From positions 24,391 to 88,390 of the forward strand of contig JAFTRE010000011.1 of the NCBI GenBank assembly GCA_017462385.1: a DNA stretch of 64,000 nt. Reading direction: 5' to 3'. Source of the stretch: Clostridia bacterium. GTDB taxonomy: Bacteria; Bacillota; Clostridia; Oscillospirales; CAG-272. The notes beneath the pieces are model-generated. The model had not been told where the DNA came from, ran no database searches, and saw only the letters and a list, made by a program, of their open reading frames with translations. Position 1 is the first letter of the stretch. Each line of letters starts with the position of its first letter. Below, in pieces: positions 30,538 to 40,129 of this stretch. The position numbers and the translations under genes were made by a program.

Positions 30538-30558
30538 GATTGAAGAAAGGAGACCGTC

Positions 30559-31932
30559 ATGAAAATAAAAGACAAGCTAAAGGCCCGCAATTCCAAGCGC
30601 CGCACAACGGGCATAATTGCCATAGGCTTTTTACTTATAATACTCATCGGCACGCTTTTGCTCATGCTTCCCATATCATCGGCCGATCGCACCTTTACAC
30701 ACCCTCTCGATGCCTCATTTACCGCTGTTAGCGCGACCTGTGTCACGGGTCTGATAACGGTGGACACCGCCACACACTGGAGCATGTTCGGTCAAATCGT
30801 GATAATTACCATGATACAGATCGGCGGGCTTGGCTTCATGAGCTTAGCTGTCCTGCTCTCGCTTATAATCAAGCGGGCTGTCACGCCGCGAGAGCGAATG
30901 CTCGTCGCAATGTCCTACAACCTTGACAGCTACGACAACATCAGCGGTCTGATCAAGCGTATAGGCATCGGCACAATATGCATCGAGGCGGCAGGCGCAC
31001 TGATACTTTCAACGCGTTTTATACCCATCTTCGGAGTCGGCGACGGAATTTACAAAAGCATTTTTCACGCCATCTCAGCGTTCTGCAACGCCGGTTTTGA
31101 CCTTATGGGCAGCTACAGCGGTCAGTTTTCTTCGGTCACCGCATTTGTAAACGACCCCGTCGTCAACATCACCATTATGCTTCTCATATCCATCGGAGGT
31201 ATTGGATTTATCGTCTGGAACGATATTGCAAACGCCATCACGCGCCGCAAGCGGCTGTCTGTCTACTCAAAATTCGTGCTTCTTGTCAGCGCAATATTGA
31301 CATTCGGAGGCGCGTTGCTGTTCGCGCTGTTTGAATGGAACAATCCCGAAACGCTGGGCTCCCTACCCTTCGGCTCAAAAATACTCGCATCATTTTTCCA
31401 GTCTGTCACACTGCGCACTGCAGGCTTTAACTCCATATCGCAAGCCGGCATGACTCAAAACTCGCAGCTGCTCTCGATATTGCTCATGTTCATCGGCGGC
31501 GCGTCCGGCTCGACCGCCGGCGGCGTCAAGGTGGCGACTGTGGGCGTGCTGATATACACCGTATGGTGCGCGGCGCTCGGTAAAAAGGAGACTGTACTGT
31601 TCCGTCGAAAAATATCTAATGACAGCTTTATCCGCGCAGTCACGGTCGTGGTGGTACAGCTTGCGATCGTACTGATCGGAACTGTCGCCGTCTCGACACT
31701 GTCGGATAGCGGCATACTTGCCGCGGCATATGAGGTCGCCTCGGCTTCGGCCACTGTCGGCATCACGCTCGGCATCACAACGACGCTGGACGTCGCCTCC
31801 AAGCTTATTCTTATGACAATAATGTATCTCGGGCGAGTCGGAATACTCACCGTCACCTACGCTGTCATGGTCAATCTGCGGGAAAGCAGCTCAGCCATCA
31901 GCTATCCCGAAGCAAATATGCTCATAGGTTAA
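30559..31932 (+). CDS. TrkH/KtrB family potassium uptake membrane subunit
   Basis: Repeated pore-loop motifs (SATCVTGL, CNAGFD, RTAGFNS, TVGITLG), 457 aa. Confidence 0.92.
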   Translation: MKIKDKLKARNSKRRTTGIIAIGFLLIILIGTLLLMLPISSADRTFTHPLDASFTAVSATCVTGLITVDTATHWSMFGQIVIITMIQIGGLGFMSLAVLLSLIIKRAVTPRERMLVAMSYNLDSYDNISGLIKRIGIGTICIEAAGALILSTRFIPIFGVGDGIYKSIFHAISAFCNAGFDLMGSYSGQFSSVTAFVNDPVVNITIMLLISIGGIGFIVWNDIANAITRRKRLSVYSKFVLLVSAILTFGGALLFALFEWNNPETLGSLPFGSKILASFFQSVTLRTAGFNSISQAGMTQNSQLLSILLMFIGGASGSTAGGVKVATVGVLIYTVWCAALGKKETVLFRRKISNDSFIRAVTVVVVQLAIVLIGTVAVSTLSDSGILAAAYEVASASATVGITLGITTTLDVASKLILMTIMYLGRVGILTVTYAVMVNLRESSSAISYPEANMLIG

Positions 31933-31953
31933 ACGATAGAAAGGATATTCACA

Positions 31954-32607
31954 ATGAAAAGCTTTTGTGTTATAGGACTCGGCAAATTCGGTCAGGCGCT
32001 TGCCGAAACGCTCGCCGCCTCCGGAAGTCAGGTCATGATAATAGATATTGACAGCGACAAGGTCACCGCGATGGCTGACATAGTCACCAATGCTGTCATC
32101 GGCGACCCCACAAATGAGGCAGTCTTGCGTTCGGCGGGTGTTGCGGACTATGAATGCGCCATCGTTTGTCTGACAACAAATATAAACGCCAACATTCTAC
32201 TGACGATCATGCTCAAGGACATCGGAGTTAAAAAGGTAGTCGCCCGCGCACTCAACGAGGGTCACCGCAAGGTGCTGGAGCGCATCGGTGCCGACATGAT
32301 AATCTTCCCCGAGCAGGACATGGGCGAAAAGCTGGGGTATATGCTGACCAAAAACAACATAACGGATTTTGTGGAATTCTCGGACTACAAAATAGTCGAG
32401 CTTGAGGTACCCGCGGCTTGGGTTGGCAAGTCTCTTATCGCCCTCGAGCTGCGCCGCCGCTTCAGCGTCAACGTCATCGCGGTCAGCCGTGCGGATGGCA
32501 CTGTTGAGGTCTCGCCCGATCCCAATCGCGCTTTTGCGGTCGGTGACCGGGTCTCGGTCATCGGAACCGATAAGGATATCGACAGGATCGTTTCCCAGTT
32601 AAAATAA
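31954..32607 (+). CDS. TrkA/KtrA family potassium uptake regulatory subunit (RCK N+C)
   Basis: Rossmann fold VIGLGKFGQALAETL and a C-terminal TrkA-C domain, 217 aa. Confidence 0.92.
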   Translation: MKSFCVIGLGKFGQALAETLAASGSQVMIIDIDSDKVTAMADIVTNAVIGDPTNEAVLRSAGVADYECAIVCLTTNINANILLTIMLKDIGVKKVVARALNEGHRKVLERIGADMIIFPEQDMGEKLGYMLTKNNITDFVEFSDYKIVELEVPAAWVGKSLIALELRRRFSVNVIAVSRADGTVEVSPDPNRAFAVGDRVSVIGTDKDIDRIVSQLK

Positions 32608-32613
32608 CATTTT

Positions 32614-32646
32614 AAAATGTCCGCCGACGTGTCGGCGGACATTTAT
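32614..32646. terminator. bidirectional terminator between trkA (+) and spoIVB (-)
   Basis: ATGTCCGCCGAC-GT-GTCGGCGGACAT flanked by A/T runs. Confidence 0.85.
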
Positions 32647-32650
32647 ATTT

Positions 32651-33757
32651 CTATCTCAAAAGCTCCGGCATGGAGTCAAGCATATTTTCGATAAATATTC
32701 CGTATCCTCGTGAGGGATCATTTATGAGAACATGCGTCACAGCGCCGACAAGCTTGCCATTCTGGATTATGGGACTGCCGCTCATGCCCTGAATTATACC
32801 GCCCGTTTTTTCAAGAAGAACAGGATCGGTGATAGTGACGGTAAAGCACTTGTTTGAGTCCGAGTCGCGATCTATCGCCGACAGCTCGACGGTATAACGG
32901 CAGGCTTCATTGCTGTCCAGTGTACACCAAATATAAGCCTCGCCCTCCTTGACCTCACTGCGAGTCGCTATTTTCATTGCCTCCTCGGGCGGTGTCGAGG
33001 GCAGATCGGTGAATATGCCGTAAACACCGTTTTCGGTATTGCCAAGCAGGGTTCCGCATTTGCCCGAATTGAAATAGCCCTTGACCTCTCCGGGGTCACC
33101 CGCGATACCGCGAGTCAGTCCGCTGATAGTTACAGATGTGACATTTCCCCGCCGCATGGGGGTTAGCTCGCCCGTGTCGCCGTCACAAATGCCGTGTCCG
33201 AGCCCGCCGAATGCTCCCGACGACGGCACTATAAATGTCACGGTGCCAATACCCGCGCCGCTGTCGCGCACCCACACGCCTGTCTTGTATCTGCCCTCCG
33301 ACTGACTGTAAACAGGCGTCAAGGTAACGGTATGCGCCTCACCGTCTCGCCTGTATGTCACATCAACAGGCTTGCCCTCGGACTTGTCTATTTTGGTGGT
33401 AAGCTCGGCGGCATCGTTTAGCGGCTCGCCGCCCACCGCCGTAATAACATCCTTGATTCTGATGCCCGCGGCATACGCGGGATTGACCTTGCCGCCCTCT
33501 GTCTCTATGTCACAGAAGCCGACCACCAGCACGCCCTCTGTGTAAAATTTGACACCGAATGGCATTCCGCCGGGGTACAGCTTCAGCTCTCCCGACTCCG
33601 CCGACGATGTATGCGCCACGGCGCTCGCCATTGCGTACGCCTCAGAGCCTGCGTGCATCGATATGTCAGCCGCGGACGATGCGGGTGACACAAGCGCACT
33701 TATAATTATAATGAATGCCGCCGCCAGCGCGGCAATTCTTTTTATTCTGAATTTCAT
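32651..33757 (-). CDS. spoIVB: SpoIVB peptidase (S55), sporulation signalling protease
   Basis: Signal/TM region, PDZ (GIRIKDVITAVGG), GTVTFI...FGGLGHGI and catalytic GMSGSPIIQNGKLVGAVTHVL. Confidence 0.9.
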   Translation of the reverse strand: MKFRIKRIAALAAAFIIIISALVSPASSAADISMHAGSEAYAMASAVAHTSSAESGELKLYPGGMPFGVKFYTEGVLVVGFCDIETEGGKVNPAYAAGIRIKDVITAVGGEPLNDAAELTTKIDKSEGKPVDVTYRRDGEAHTVTLTPVYSQSEGRYKTGVWVRDSGAGIGTVTFIVPSSGAFGGLGHGICDGDTGELTPMRRGNVTSVTISGLTRGIAGDPGEVKGYFNSGKCGTLLGNTENGVYGIFTDLPSTPPEEAMKIATRSEVKEGEAYIWCTLDSNEACRYTVELSAIDRDSDSNKCFTVTITDPVLLEKTGGIIQGMSGSPIIQNGKLVGAVTHVLINDPSRGYGIFIENMLDSMPELLR

Positions 33758-33898
33758 GGGTAATCCTCTTTGTTGGGGTTTTCACGTTTTTTGCGTGCGA
33801 TTATAATTTGTACCGACGGCGAGAGTTTGATGTGTAACAATTTTATTTCGGAAAGCCAAATTTTTTGACGTACAGCGGCAAGAATGTTACAAAAACTA

Positions 33899-33942
33899 TT
33901 GACGTAAAAAGCTATTGGTGATATAATTAGTTTGTAAACTAA
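33899..33942 (+). promoter_or_regulatory. promoter plus candidate MarR operator
   Basis: TTGACG, 17 nt, TATAAT (33922-33927), immediately followed by palindrome TTAGTTT-GT-AAACTAA (33927-33942). Confidence 0.65.
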
Positions 33943-33967
33943 TTATATGTAAGGGGAGCATTTGAAT

Positions 33968-34468
33968 ATGGGTAATAAACTACCTGTGCGACCACCTCGG
34001 CCACCGCATTGTGGCGGAAAGCCCGAGCATCCGTCTCGCGTCATCAACGAGATATCGCGGCTGTTCGCCGCCAAAATGCGCGAAAGCGAAAACGAAATGA
34101 CCCAAGAGAGCGTTCGACTCATAATCATTCACTTAGCACACGAGGACGGCGTAACACAGCTTGATCTGGTGCAAAAAACGCATCTCAGCCCGCCGACCGT
34201 CAGTCTCACCGTCAAAAAGCTGGAAAAACTGGGCTATATCTCCCGTGTGCCAGACACCGTCGACCAACGTGCCGTACGGGTGTTTCTTACAGAAAAGGGA
34301 CGCGAATTGGACAACGCATCGCGAAGCGCCATAGACGACATCAATAAAATACTGACGCAAAACATCTCACCCGAGGAGATCGAGATACTGCTCCCGCTTC
34401 TCCGCCGTATGAGAGACAATTTGCTCAACGATCTCATGTGTGACGAAGGAGAACAAACACATAAATGA
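33968..34468 (+). CDS. MarR family transcriptional regulator
   Basis: wHTH LVQKTHLSPPTVSLTVKKLEKLGYISRVPDTVDQRAVRVFLTEKG. Start trimmed to the ATG 9 nt after GGGGAG. Confidence 0.85.
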   Translation: MGNKLPVRPPRPPHCGGKPEHPSRVINEISRLFAAKMRESENEMTQESVRLIIIHLAHEDGVTQLDLVQKTHLSPPTVSLTVKKLEKLGYISRVPDTVDQRAVRVFLTEKGRELDNASRSAIDDINKILTQNISPEEIEILLPLLRRMRDNLLNDLMCDEGEQTHK

Positions 34469-36294
34469 AAAAACTTGTAAAATATATCAAACCTTATTGG
34501 TATCTCGCCCTCATCTCACCGCTGATGATGGTGGGCGAGGTTGTAGCAGACCTGTTTCAGCCCAAGCTGATGTCGGTCATAGTCGACTGCGGCATTCTCG
34601 GCGAGGGCGACGTTTCGTCCTCCGAGATAGGTAGCTTTATTATGAAGCTGTTTCACGGCTCGGGGCCTTACACCTCGATGCAGGTCATAATCACGCTCGG
34701 CATAACCATGCTTGCCCTGCTGGTCGTCGGCGGATTTTTCGGCACCTTCTGCGCTTACACCGCCGCGCGTGCATCACAGAGCTTCGGTCACGACCTGCGA
34801 CGCGACGCTTACAGCCGCGTCATGTCGCTCTCGATCGAGCAGACCGACAAATTTACGACCGGCTCGCTGGTCACGCGCATGACCAACGATGTCTCCATGA
34901 TAACCGAATTTGTTGAAATGCTTATCAGAATGTTCGTGCGCTCCCCCATCTTTTTTGTTGGCGGCATTATAATGCTGTTGACGTTGGACATCAGCTTCGG
35001 AGTTGTTTTGCTTTGCGCACTGCCCATTCTTATCATAATGCTGGCAACGGTTTTGATCAAGGCCTCGCCGCTGTTCTCTGTTGTGCAAACAAAGCTGGAT
35101 AAGGTCAACTCGGTCGTTCAGGAAAATGTGAGCGGTGCACGCGTTGTCAAGGCATATGTCCGCGAGGACTACGAAAATGACCGTTTTGACGATGCCAACG
35201 CCTCGCTCCGCTCCACCAACTACCGCGTGCTCAAACTACTTGCAGTTATGCACCCCATACTCAATATATTGATGAACATCTCCGTTATCGCCATCATACT
35301 CATAGGCGGACTTCGCGCCGAGGCTGCGGCGGCGGACATTTCGGTCGGCTCCATAATGGCGGCGGTCACATACGTTACGCAGGTTCTCAACTCTGTAATG
35401 ATGGTCACTATGATGTTCCAATCCATCTCACGCGCTGCCGCATCTGCCAAGCGTGTTAACGAGATATTGGACTCGGATCCCGTCATCGTCAGCGGAAACG
35501 CAGAGGGCAAAGGTAAGGCAGACGATCCTATTATCAGCTTTAAAAATGTCAGCTTCAGCTATCCGGGCACAACAGGTCGCCCCGTTCTTCACGATATAAA
35601 TCTCGACGTACACCGCGGCGAGCTGCTCGCTGTCATCGGCTCGACGGGTGCGGGAAAATCGTCACTGGTCAATCTCATCCCCCGATTTTATGATACAACG
35701 GACGGCACTGTCACCGTGGACGGCATCGACGTACGCGCATGGGACATCAAAAAGCTACGCCGAAAAATGGGCTTTGTAATGCAAAAAAGCGAGCTGTTCT
35801 CCGATACTATCGCGGGCAACATCCGTTGGGGCAAGCCCGACGCCACCGATGCAGAGATACGAGAGGCGGCGGAGGTAGCACAAGCGGCAAGCTTCGTCGA
35901 CGGTTTTTCGGAAAAATACGATACATATATAGCCGAGAAGGGTGCGTCGCTCTCGGGCGGACAGAAACAGAGAATGTCCATCACCCGCGCGCTTGTCCGT
36001 CGCCCCGAGATACTTATTCTTGACGACTCTACATCCGCACTTGATCTGTCCACCGAGGCAAAGCTACAAGCGGCGCTTCGTGCACGTCTTAAGGGCACGA
36101 CGGTCATAATGATCGCGCAACGCATCGCCAGCGTCAAAGGCGCCGATCGCATAGCCGTGATCGAGCACGGCACAATAACCGATTGCGCCCCTCACGACCA
36201 GCTGATGCGCACCAGTGAGACCTATCGCGACATTTATGCATCGCAAATGAAATCAATGGAAAACGAGGGAAAGGAGGTCAGCGCAAATGAATAA
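34465..36294 (+). CDS. ABC exporter, fused permease/ATPase (heterodimer subunit A)
   Basis: 6 TM helices, then Walker A GSTGAGKSS, signature LSGGQKQR and Walker B ILILDD. ATGA overlap with marR. Confidence 0.92.
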   Translation: MKKLVKYIKPYWYLALISPLMMVGEVVADLFQPKLMSVIVDCGILGEGDVSSSEIGSFIMKLFHGSGPYTSMQVIITLGITMLALLVVGGFFGTFCAYTAARASQSFGHDLRRDAYSRVMSLSIEQTDKFTTGSLVTRMTNDVSMITEFVEMLIRMFVRSPIFFVGGIIMLLTLDISFGVVLLCALPILIIMLATVLIKASPLFSVVQTKLDKVNSVVQENVSGARVVKAYVREDYENDRFDDANASLRSTNYRVLKLLAVMHPILNILMNISVIAIILIGGLRAEAAAADISVGSIMAAVTYVTQVLNSVMMVTMMFQSISRAAASAKRVNEILDSDPVIVSGNAEGKGKADDPIISFKNVSFSYPGTTGRPVLHDINLDVHRGELLAVIGSTGAGKSSLVNLIPRFYDTTDGTVTVDGIDVRAWDIKKLRRKMGFVMQKSELFSDTIAGNIRWGKPDATDAEIREAAEVAQAASFVDGFSEKYDTYIAEKGASLSGGQKQRMSITRALVRRPEILILDDSTSALDLSTEAKLQAALRARLKGTTVIMIAQRIASVKGADRIAVIEHGTITDCAPHDQLMRTSETYRDIYASQMKSMENEGKEVSANE

Positions 36295-38239
36295 TCAACC
36301 GAGACGCGAGCCGGCAAATACCATGATGATAGGGCGCGACGGCAGACCGGGCGGCGGTCCGGGACGCGGCGGTCCCATGGCGGGCCGCATGGCAGTGCAA
36401 AAGCCCAAAAACACAAAAAAGACTATCATACGCCTCGTAAAATACATAGGCAAGAGCCGCGCCACCCTCATTTCCCTGCTGGTCATCATGGCGGTTATAA
36501 CACTGCTTGAGCTGTTTGGTCCCATGATGCAAAGTAACGCCATCGACACATTCGAATACTCACCCGAGACGGGTGTCACGGTTCATTTTTATGACTATGA
36601 AGCCGATGTCCTTGATGACGACGGCAATGTGATCGGCACCGAAACACGCCACGGACTGATATATTTTCTTATCATAATGGCGATAATATTCCTCACGTCG
36701 GGAATATTGACGCTGTTTCAGGGCAGAATAGCAGCGAAGCTTTCCCAGTCCACCGTCTATACAATGCGCCGCGACCTTTTCAAAAAAATAAGCAAGTTGC
36801 CGATAAAATATACCGACACACACCGTCACGGTGACATAATGTCCCGCATGACCAACGACGTCGAAAACGTTTCAAATGCAATATCGCAGTCGATATCCTC
36901 GCTGTTTTCAAGCGTACTGACGCTGGTCGGAACATTCTTTATGATGCTTTACTACAGCTGGCTTTTGACGCTGATCGCCTGCGTCACCATTCCGCTTACC
37001 ATATTAATATCAACCACATTGGCGAAATTCATGCGCCGTCACTACAAAAAACGTCAACAGCTGCTCGGTCAGCTTAACGGTCAGGTCGAGGAAATGGTGA
37101 CGGGATATAAGACCGTAGTCGCCTACGGCAAAGAGCAAGCGGCGATAGACAGTTTTGAAAAGACCAGCGATGAGTTCCGCGACGTCAGCATCAAAGCGCG
37201 CGTCTGGGGCAGTATCATGGGGCCTCTGATGAACATTCTCGGTAATATGCAATACCTGCTCATCGCCGCCTTCGGCGGATATCTGTTGCTCAACCCCATG
37301 AAGGGCATGCGCCCCATCACCGTCGGTAATATACAGGCAATGCTTCAGTATTCCAAAAAATTCACCCGCCCCATAAACGAGATCGCCAACCAATACGCAA
37401 CAATACTCACCGCACTTGCGGGTGCTGAGCGTATATTTGAAATAATGGACGGCGAGGACGAGATCGACAAGGGCAAGCATGCCATTGACATACAGTCAAT
37501 ACGCGGAGACATCAATTTCAAAAAAATAGACTTTTCTTACGTCGAGGGCGAGCAGGTGCTTCGCGGACTTGATCTTGAGGTCAAGGCGGGGCAAAAGGTA
37601 GCCATCGTCGGCGCAACGGGCTCGGGCAAAACCACCATCGTCAATCTGCTAACAAGATTTTATGAGATTGACGGTGGAAAGATAACCATCGACAGCGTAG
37701 ACATTCGCGACATCTCCAAGGATGATCTGCGCCGCTCCATCGCCATCGTGCTTCAGGACACCGTGCTGTTCTGCGACAGCATACGCACCAACATAAAGTA
37801 CGGCCGTCTTGACGCGACCGACGACGAAATGCGTCACGCCGCCGCGACCGCGCACGCCGACACGTTTATTGACCGCCTGCCCGACGGCTATGACACACAG
37901 CTTGCAGAATCGGGCAGCAACCTCAGCCAAGGTCAGCGCCAGCTACTGTCTATCGCCCGCGCAGTGCTTGCCGACCCCAAGATACTTATACTTGACGAGG
38001 CGACATCCTCAGTCGACACGCGTACCGAAATGCACATCCAACAGGCAATGGTCGCACTCATGAAAAACCGCACCTCACTTATCATTGCACACCGTCTGTC
38101 CACCATACGCGACGCCGACAAGATAGTCGTTATCAAGGACGGCGTGGTTGCCGAGGCGGGCGACCATGACACACTGCTGTCTCTCGGCGGCGAGTACAGC
38201 AAGCTGTACAGCAGTCAGTTTGCGGGTATCGCGACATGA
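36287..38239 (+). CDS. ABC exporter, fused permease/ATPase (heterodimer subunit B)
   Basis: Walker A GATGSGKTT, signature LSQGQRQL, Walker B ILILDEATS. Gly/Pro/Arg-rich N-terminal tail. 8-nt overlap with subunit A. Confidence 0.92.
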   Translation: MNNQPRREPANTMMIGRDGRPGGGPGRGGPMAGRMAVQKPKNTKKTIIRLVKYIGKSRATLISLLVIMAVITLLELFGPMMQSNAIDTFEYSPETGVTVHFYDYEADVLDDDGNVIGTETRHGLIYFLIIMAIIFLTSGILTLFQGRIAAKLSQSTVYTMRRDLFKKISKLPIKYTDTHRHGDIMSRMTNDVENVSNAISQSISSLFSSVLTLVGTFFMMLYYSWLLTLIACVTIPLTILISTTLAKFMRRHYKKRQQLLGQLNGQVEEMVTGYKTVVAYGKEQAAIDSFEKTSDEFRDVSIKARVWGSIMGPLMNILGNMQYLLIAAFGGYLLLNPMKGMRPITVGNIQAMLQYSKKFTRPINEIANQYATILTALAGAERIFEIMDGEDEIDKGKHAIDIQSIRGDINFKKIDFSYVEGEQVLRGLDLEVKAGQKVAIVGATGSGKTTIVNLLTRFYEIDGGKITIDSVDIRDISKDDLRRSIAIVLQDTVLFCDSIRTNIKYGRLDATDDEMRHAAATAHADTFIDRLPDGYDTQLAESGSNLSQGQRQLLSIARAVLADPKILILDEATSSVDTRTEMHIQQAMVALMKNRTSLIIAHRLSTIRDADKIVVIKDGVVAEAGDHDTLLSLGGEYSKLYSSQFAGIAT

Positions 38240-39045
38240 TACGGGAATCGGACAAAATACGCTTTGAGCGGGTTTGCCGCGACATACTGCTCGCCGACCG
38301 CGAGCGCGAGGGCATCGGCACGCTGAACGAAAAAAAGTTACACACCATGCTCAAATTCTTTGTTTGTGATGATAAAAACTGTCATGAAATAAAGCTTGAG
38401 CCGTTTATCTCCGACGAGCCTGATGGCTCGTCGGAGGAAACCAAGCCCACAAAACGCCCCCGAAACTTTGTTGCGGATGTGCTGTGCGACTGCGACATCT
38501 TCGAGATACAAACAGGACATCTTTATCCTCTTAAAGATAAAATACAATTTTATCTGGAGCAGACAGAGTACAACGTCACCATAATTCATCCGTTAGCGGT
38601 AAAAAAGTGGGTAAATTACATGAGCCCGACAGACGGAACGGTCTCCCGCCGCGTCACGTCTCCCAAAAAAGAACACCCCCGCGATATGTTGCCCGAGTTG
38701 TATTCGCTCATCGACTTTCTCGGCAACCGCCGTTTGCGCGTGCGGGCACTGCTTTTTGAAGTGGAGGAATTCCGACTGCAAAGCGGCAGAAGAGGTCGAC
38801 GCAGTACCACAAAATACGAGCGTATACCGACTGCCCTGCTCGACATGATCGACTTCAACACCCCCGCAGACTATCTCGATTACATTCCCGAGGAGCTTAC
38901 CTCGCCCTTTACCGCCGCCGAGTTCGGCAAAGCGGCGGGATATCGCGGCATCGATACCTACTCTGCACTCAAGGTGCTGGTCAAAATGGGACTTGTCCGC
39001 GAGGACGGCAAAAAAGGCAGAGCCGCGGCATATAAAATCGTATAA
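38236..39045 (+). CDS. conserved hypothetical protein; possible restriction-endonuclease-like core plus C-terminal winged helix
   Basis: ATGA overlap with the ABC gene. GIGTLNEKKLHTMLK, then FVADVL...DIFEIQTGHLYPLKDK (D...E-x-Q/K-like). C-terminal YSALKVLVKMGLVREDGKKGRAAAYK. By-eye only. Confidence 0.45.
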   Translation: MIRESDKIRFERVCRDILLADREREGIGTLNEKKLHTMLKFFVCDDKNCHEIKLEPFISDEPDGSSEETKPTKRPRNFVADVLCDCDIFEIQTGHLYPLKDKIQFYLEQTEYNVTIIHPLAVKKWVNYMSPTDGTVSRRVTSPKKEHPRDMLPELYSLIDFLGNRRLRVRALLFEVEEFRLQSGRRGRRSTTKYERIPTALLDMIDFNTPADYLDYIPEELTSPFTAAEFGKAAGYRGIDTYSALKVLVKMGLVREDGKKGRAAAYKIV

Positions 39046-39049
39046 TACA

Positions 39050-39078
39050 AAAAGCAGATGCTCCGCATCTGCTTTTTG
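39050..39078 (+). terminator. intrinsic terminator
   Basis: AAAAGCAGATG-CTCCG-CATCTGCTTTTT. Confidence 0.75.
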
Positions 39079-39184
39079 TATTATACTTGCCTTTTCGACA
39101 AATAAATATACTGATTCTATTGACAAAACAATTACGTTTGGTTATAATTCGTAGAGTAACTACGCCAAGAAAGGCATTTATCAT

Positions 39185-40129
39185 ATGTACGAAACTATAG
39201 TCGCGGAGCCTTCCGCAAAAATATCTTTTGCTCCCATAACCGCTGCGGACAAGCCGACCTTTGAGCAATATCTTGCCGGCGAGAGTGAGCGCGGGTGCGA
39301 ATTTTCCTTTGCCAACCTATATCTGTGGGGTCGGCAAAATTGGGCTGTACTGCACGGCCATATTGTAATGTTCTCGCAATTCGACCGCCGCAGTATATAT
39401 CCCTACCCTATCGGTCAAAGTGACAAAAAAGCCGTACTTGACGCCATTATTGCCGACGCTCGTGAGCGCGGAATATCCTGCCGCATCACGGGACTCGGCC
39501 CCACCGCCAAGCAAACACTGCAAGAGCTCTACCCCGGCAAATTTCGTTTTTACTGCGATCGAGATTCATTTGACTACGTCTATTCCATTGACGATCTTGC
39601 AGATCTCAAGGGCAAAAAATATCATCGCAAGCGCAATCATGTCAACGGCTTTGTGAGCGCTTTCCCGAACTATTCGGTTGAGTCGCTGGACGAGCAAAAT
39701 CTACCCTCCGTTCGGCAAATGGTAGACAAATGGTATCAAGAACGGATCGCCGCAGACCCCACCGCCGATTTTCATCTTGAACAGTCGGCGCTCTCGCGGG
39801 CGTTCCGCCATTACCGTGAGCTTGAAATGGAAGGACTGGTCCTGCTCTCGGACGGCGAGGTTCTCGCGGTAACACTCGGAAGCCAAATGTCCGCGGACAC
39901 ATTCGACGTGCATTTTGAAAAGGCACGCCCCGATGCGAACGGTGCTTATGCAGCCATAAACTATGAATTCGCCCGCCATATCCGCGCCAAATACCCCCAT
40001 ATAAAATTCCTCGACCGCGAGGAGGACATGGGACTCGAAGGTCTGCGAAAAGCAAAACAAAGCTACTATCCGCATCACATGGTGGAGAAATGCTGGGCTC
40101 GGCTTGCGGAGGACGACGATGATTATTGA
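39185..40129 (+). CDS. DUF2156 domain protein (stand-alone MprF C-terminal-like, GNAT-fold)
   Basis: CEFSFANLYLWG, KGKKYHRKRNHVN and FLDREEDMGLEGLRKAK resemble the DUF2156 / lysyl-PG synthase C-terminal family. Confidence 0.7.
   Translation: MYETIVAEPSAKISFAPITAADKPTFEQYLAGESERGCEFSFANLYLWGRQNWAVLHGHIVMFSQFDRRSIYPYPIGQSDKKAVLDAIIADARERGISCRITGLGPTAKQTLQELYPGKFRFYCDRDSFDYVYSIDDLADLKGKKYHRKRNHVNGFVSAFPNYSVESLDEQNLPSVRQMVDKWYQERIAADPTADFHLEQSALSRAFRHYRELEMEGLVLLSDGEVLAVTLGSQMSADTFDVHFEKARPDANGAYAAINYEFARHIRAKYPHIKFLDREEDMGLEGLRKAKQSYYPHHMVEKCWARLAEDDDDY

Noticed and set aside
30438-30558. Possible c-di-AMP (ydaO-type) riboswitch upstream of the K+ uptake operon
   Set aside because: The only good promoter ends about 20 nt before the start codon, which leaves no room for a structured leader.
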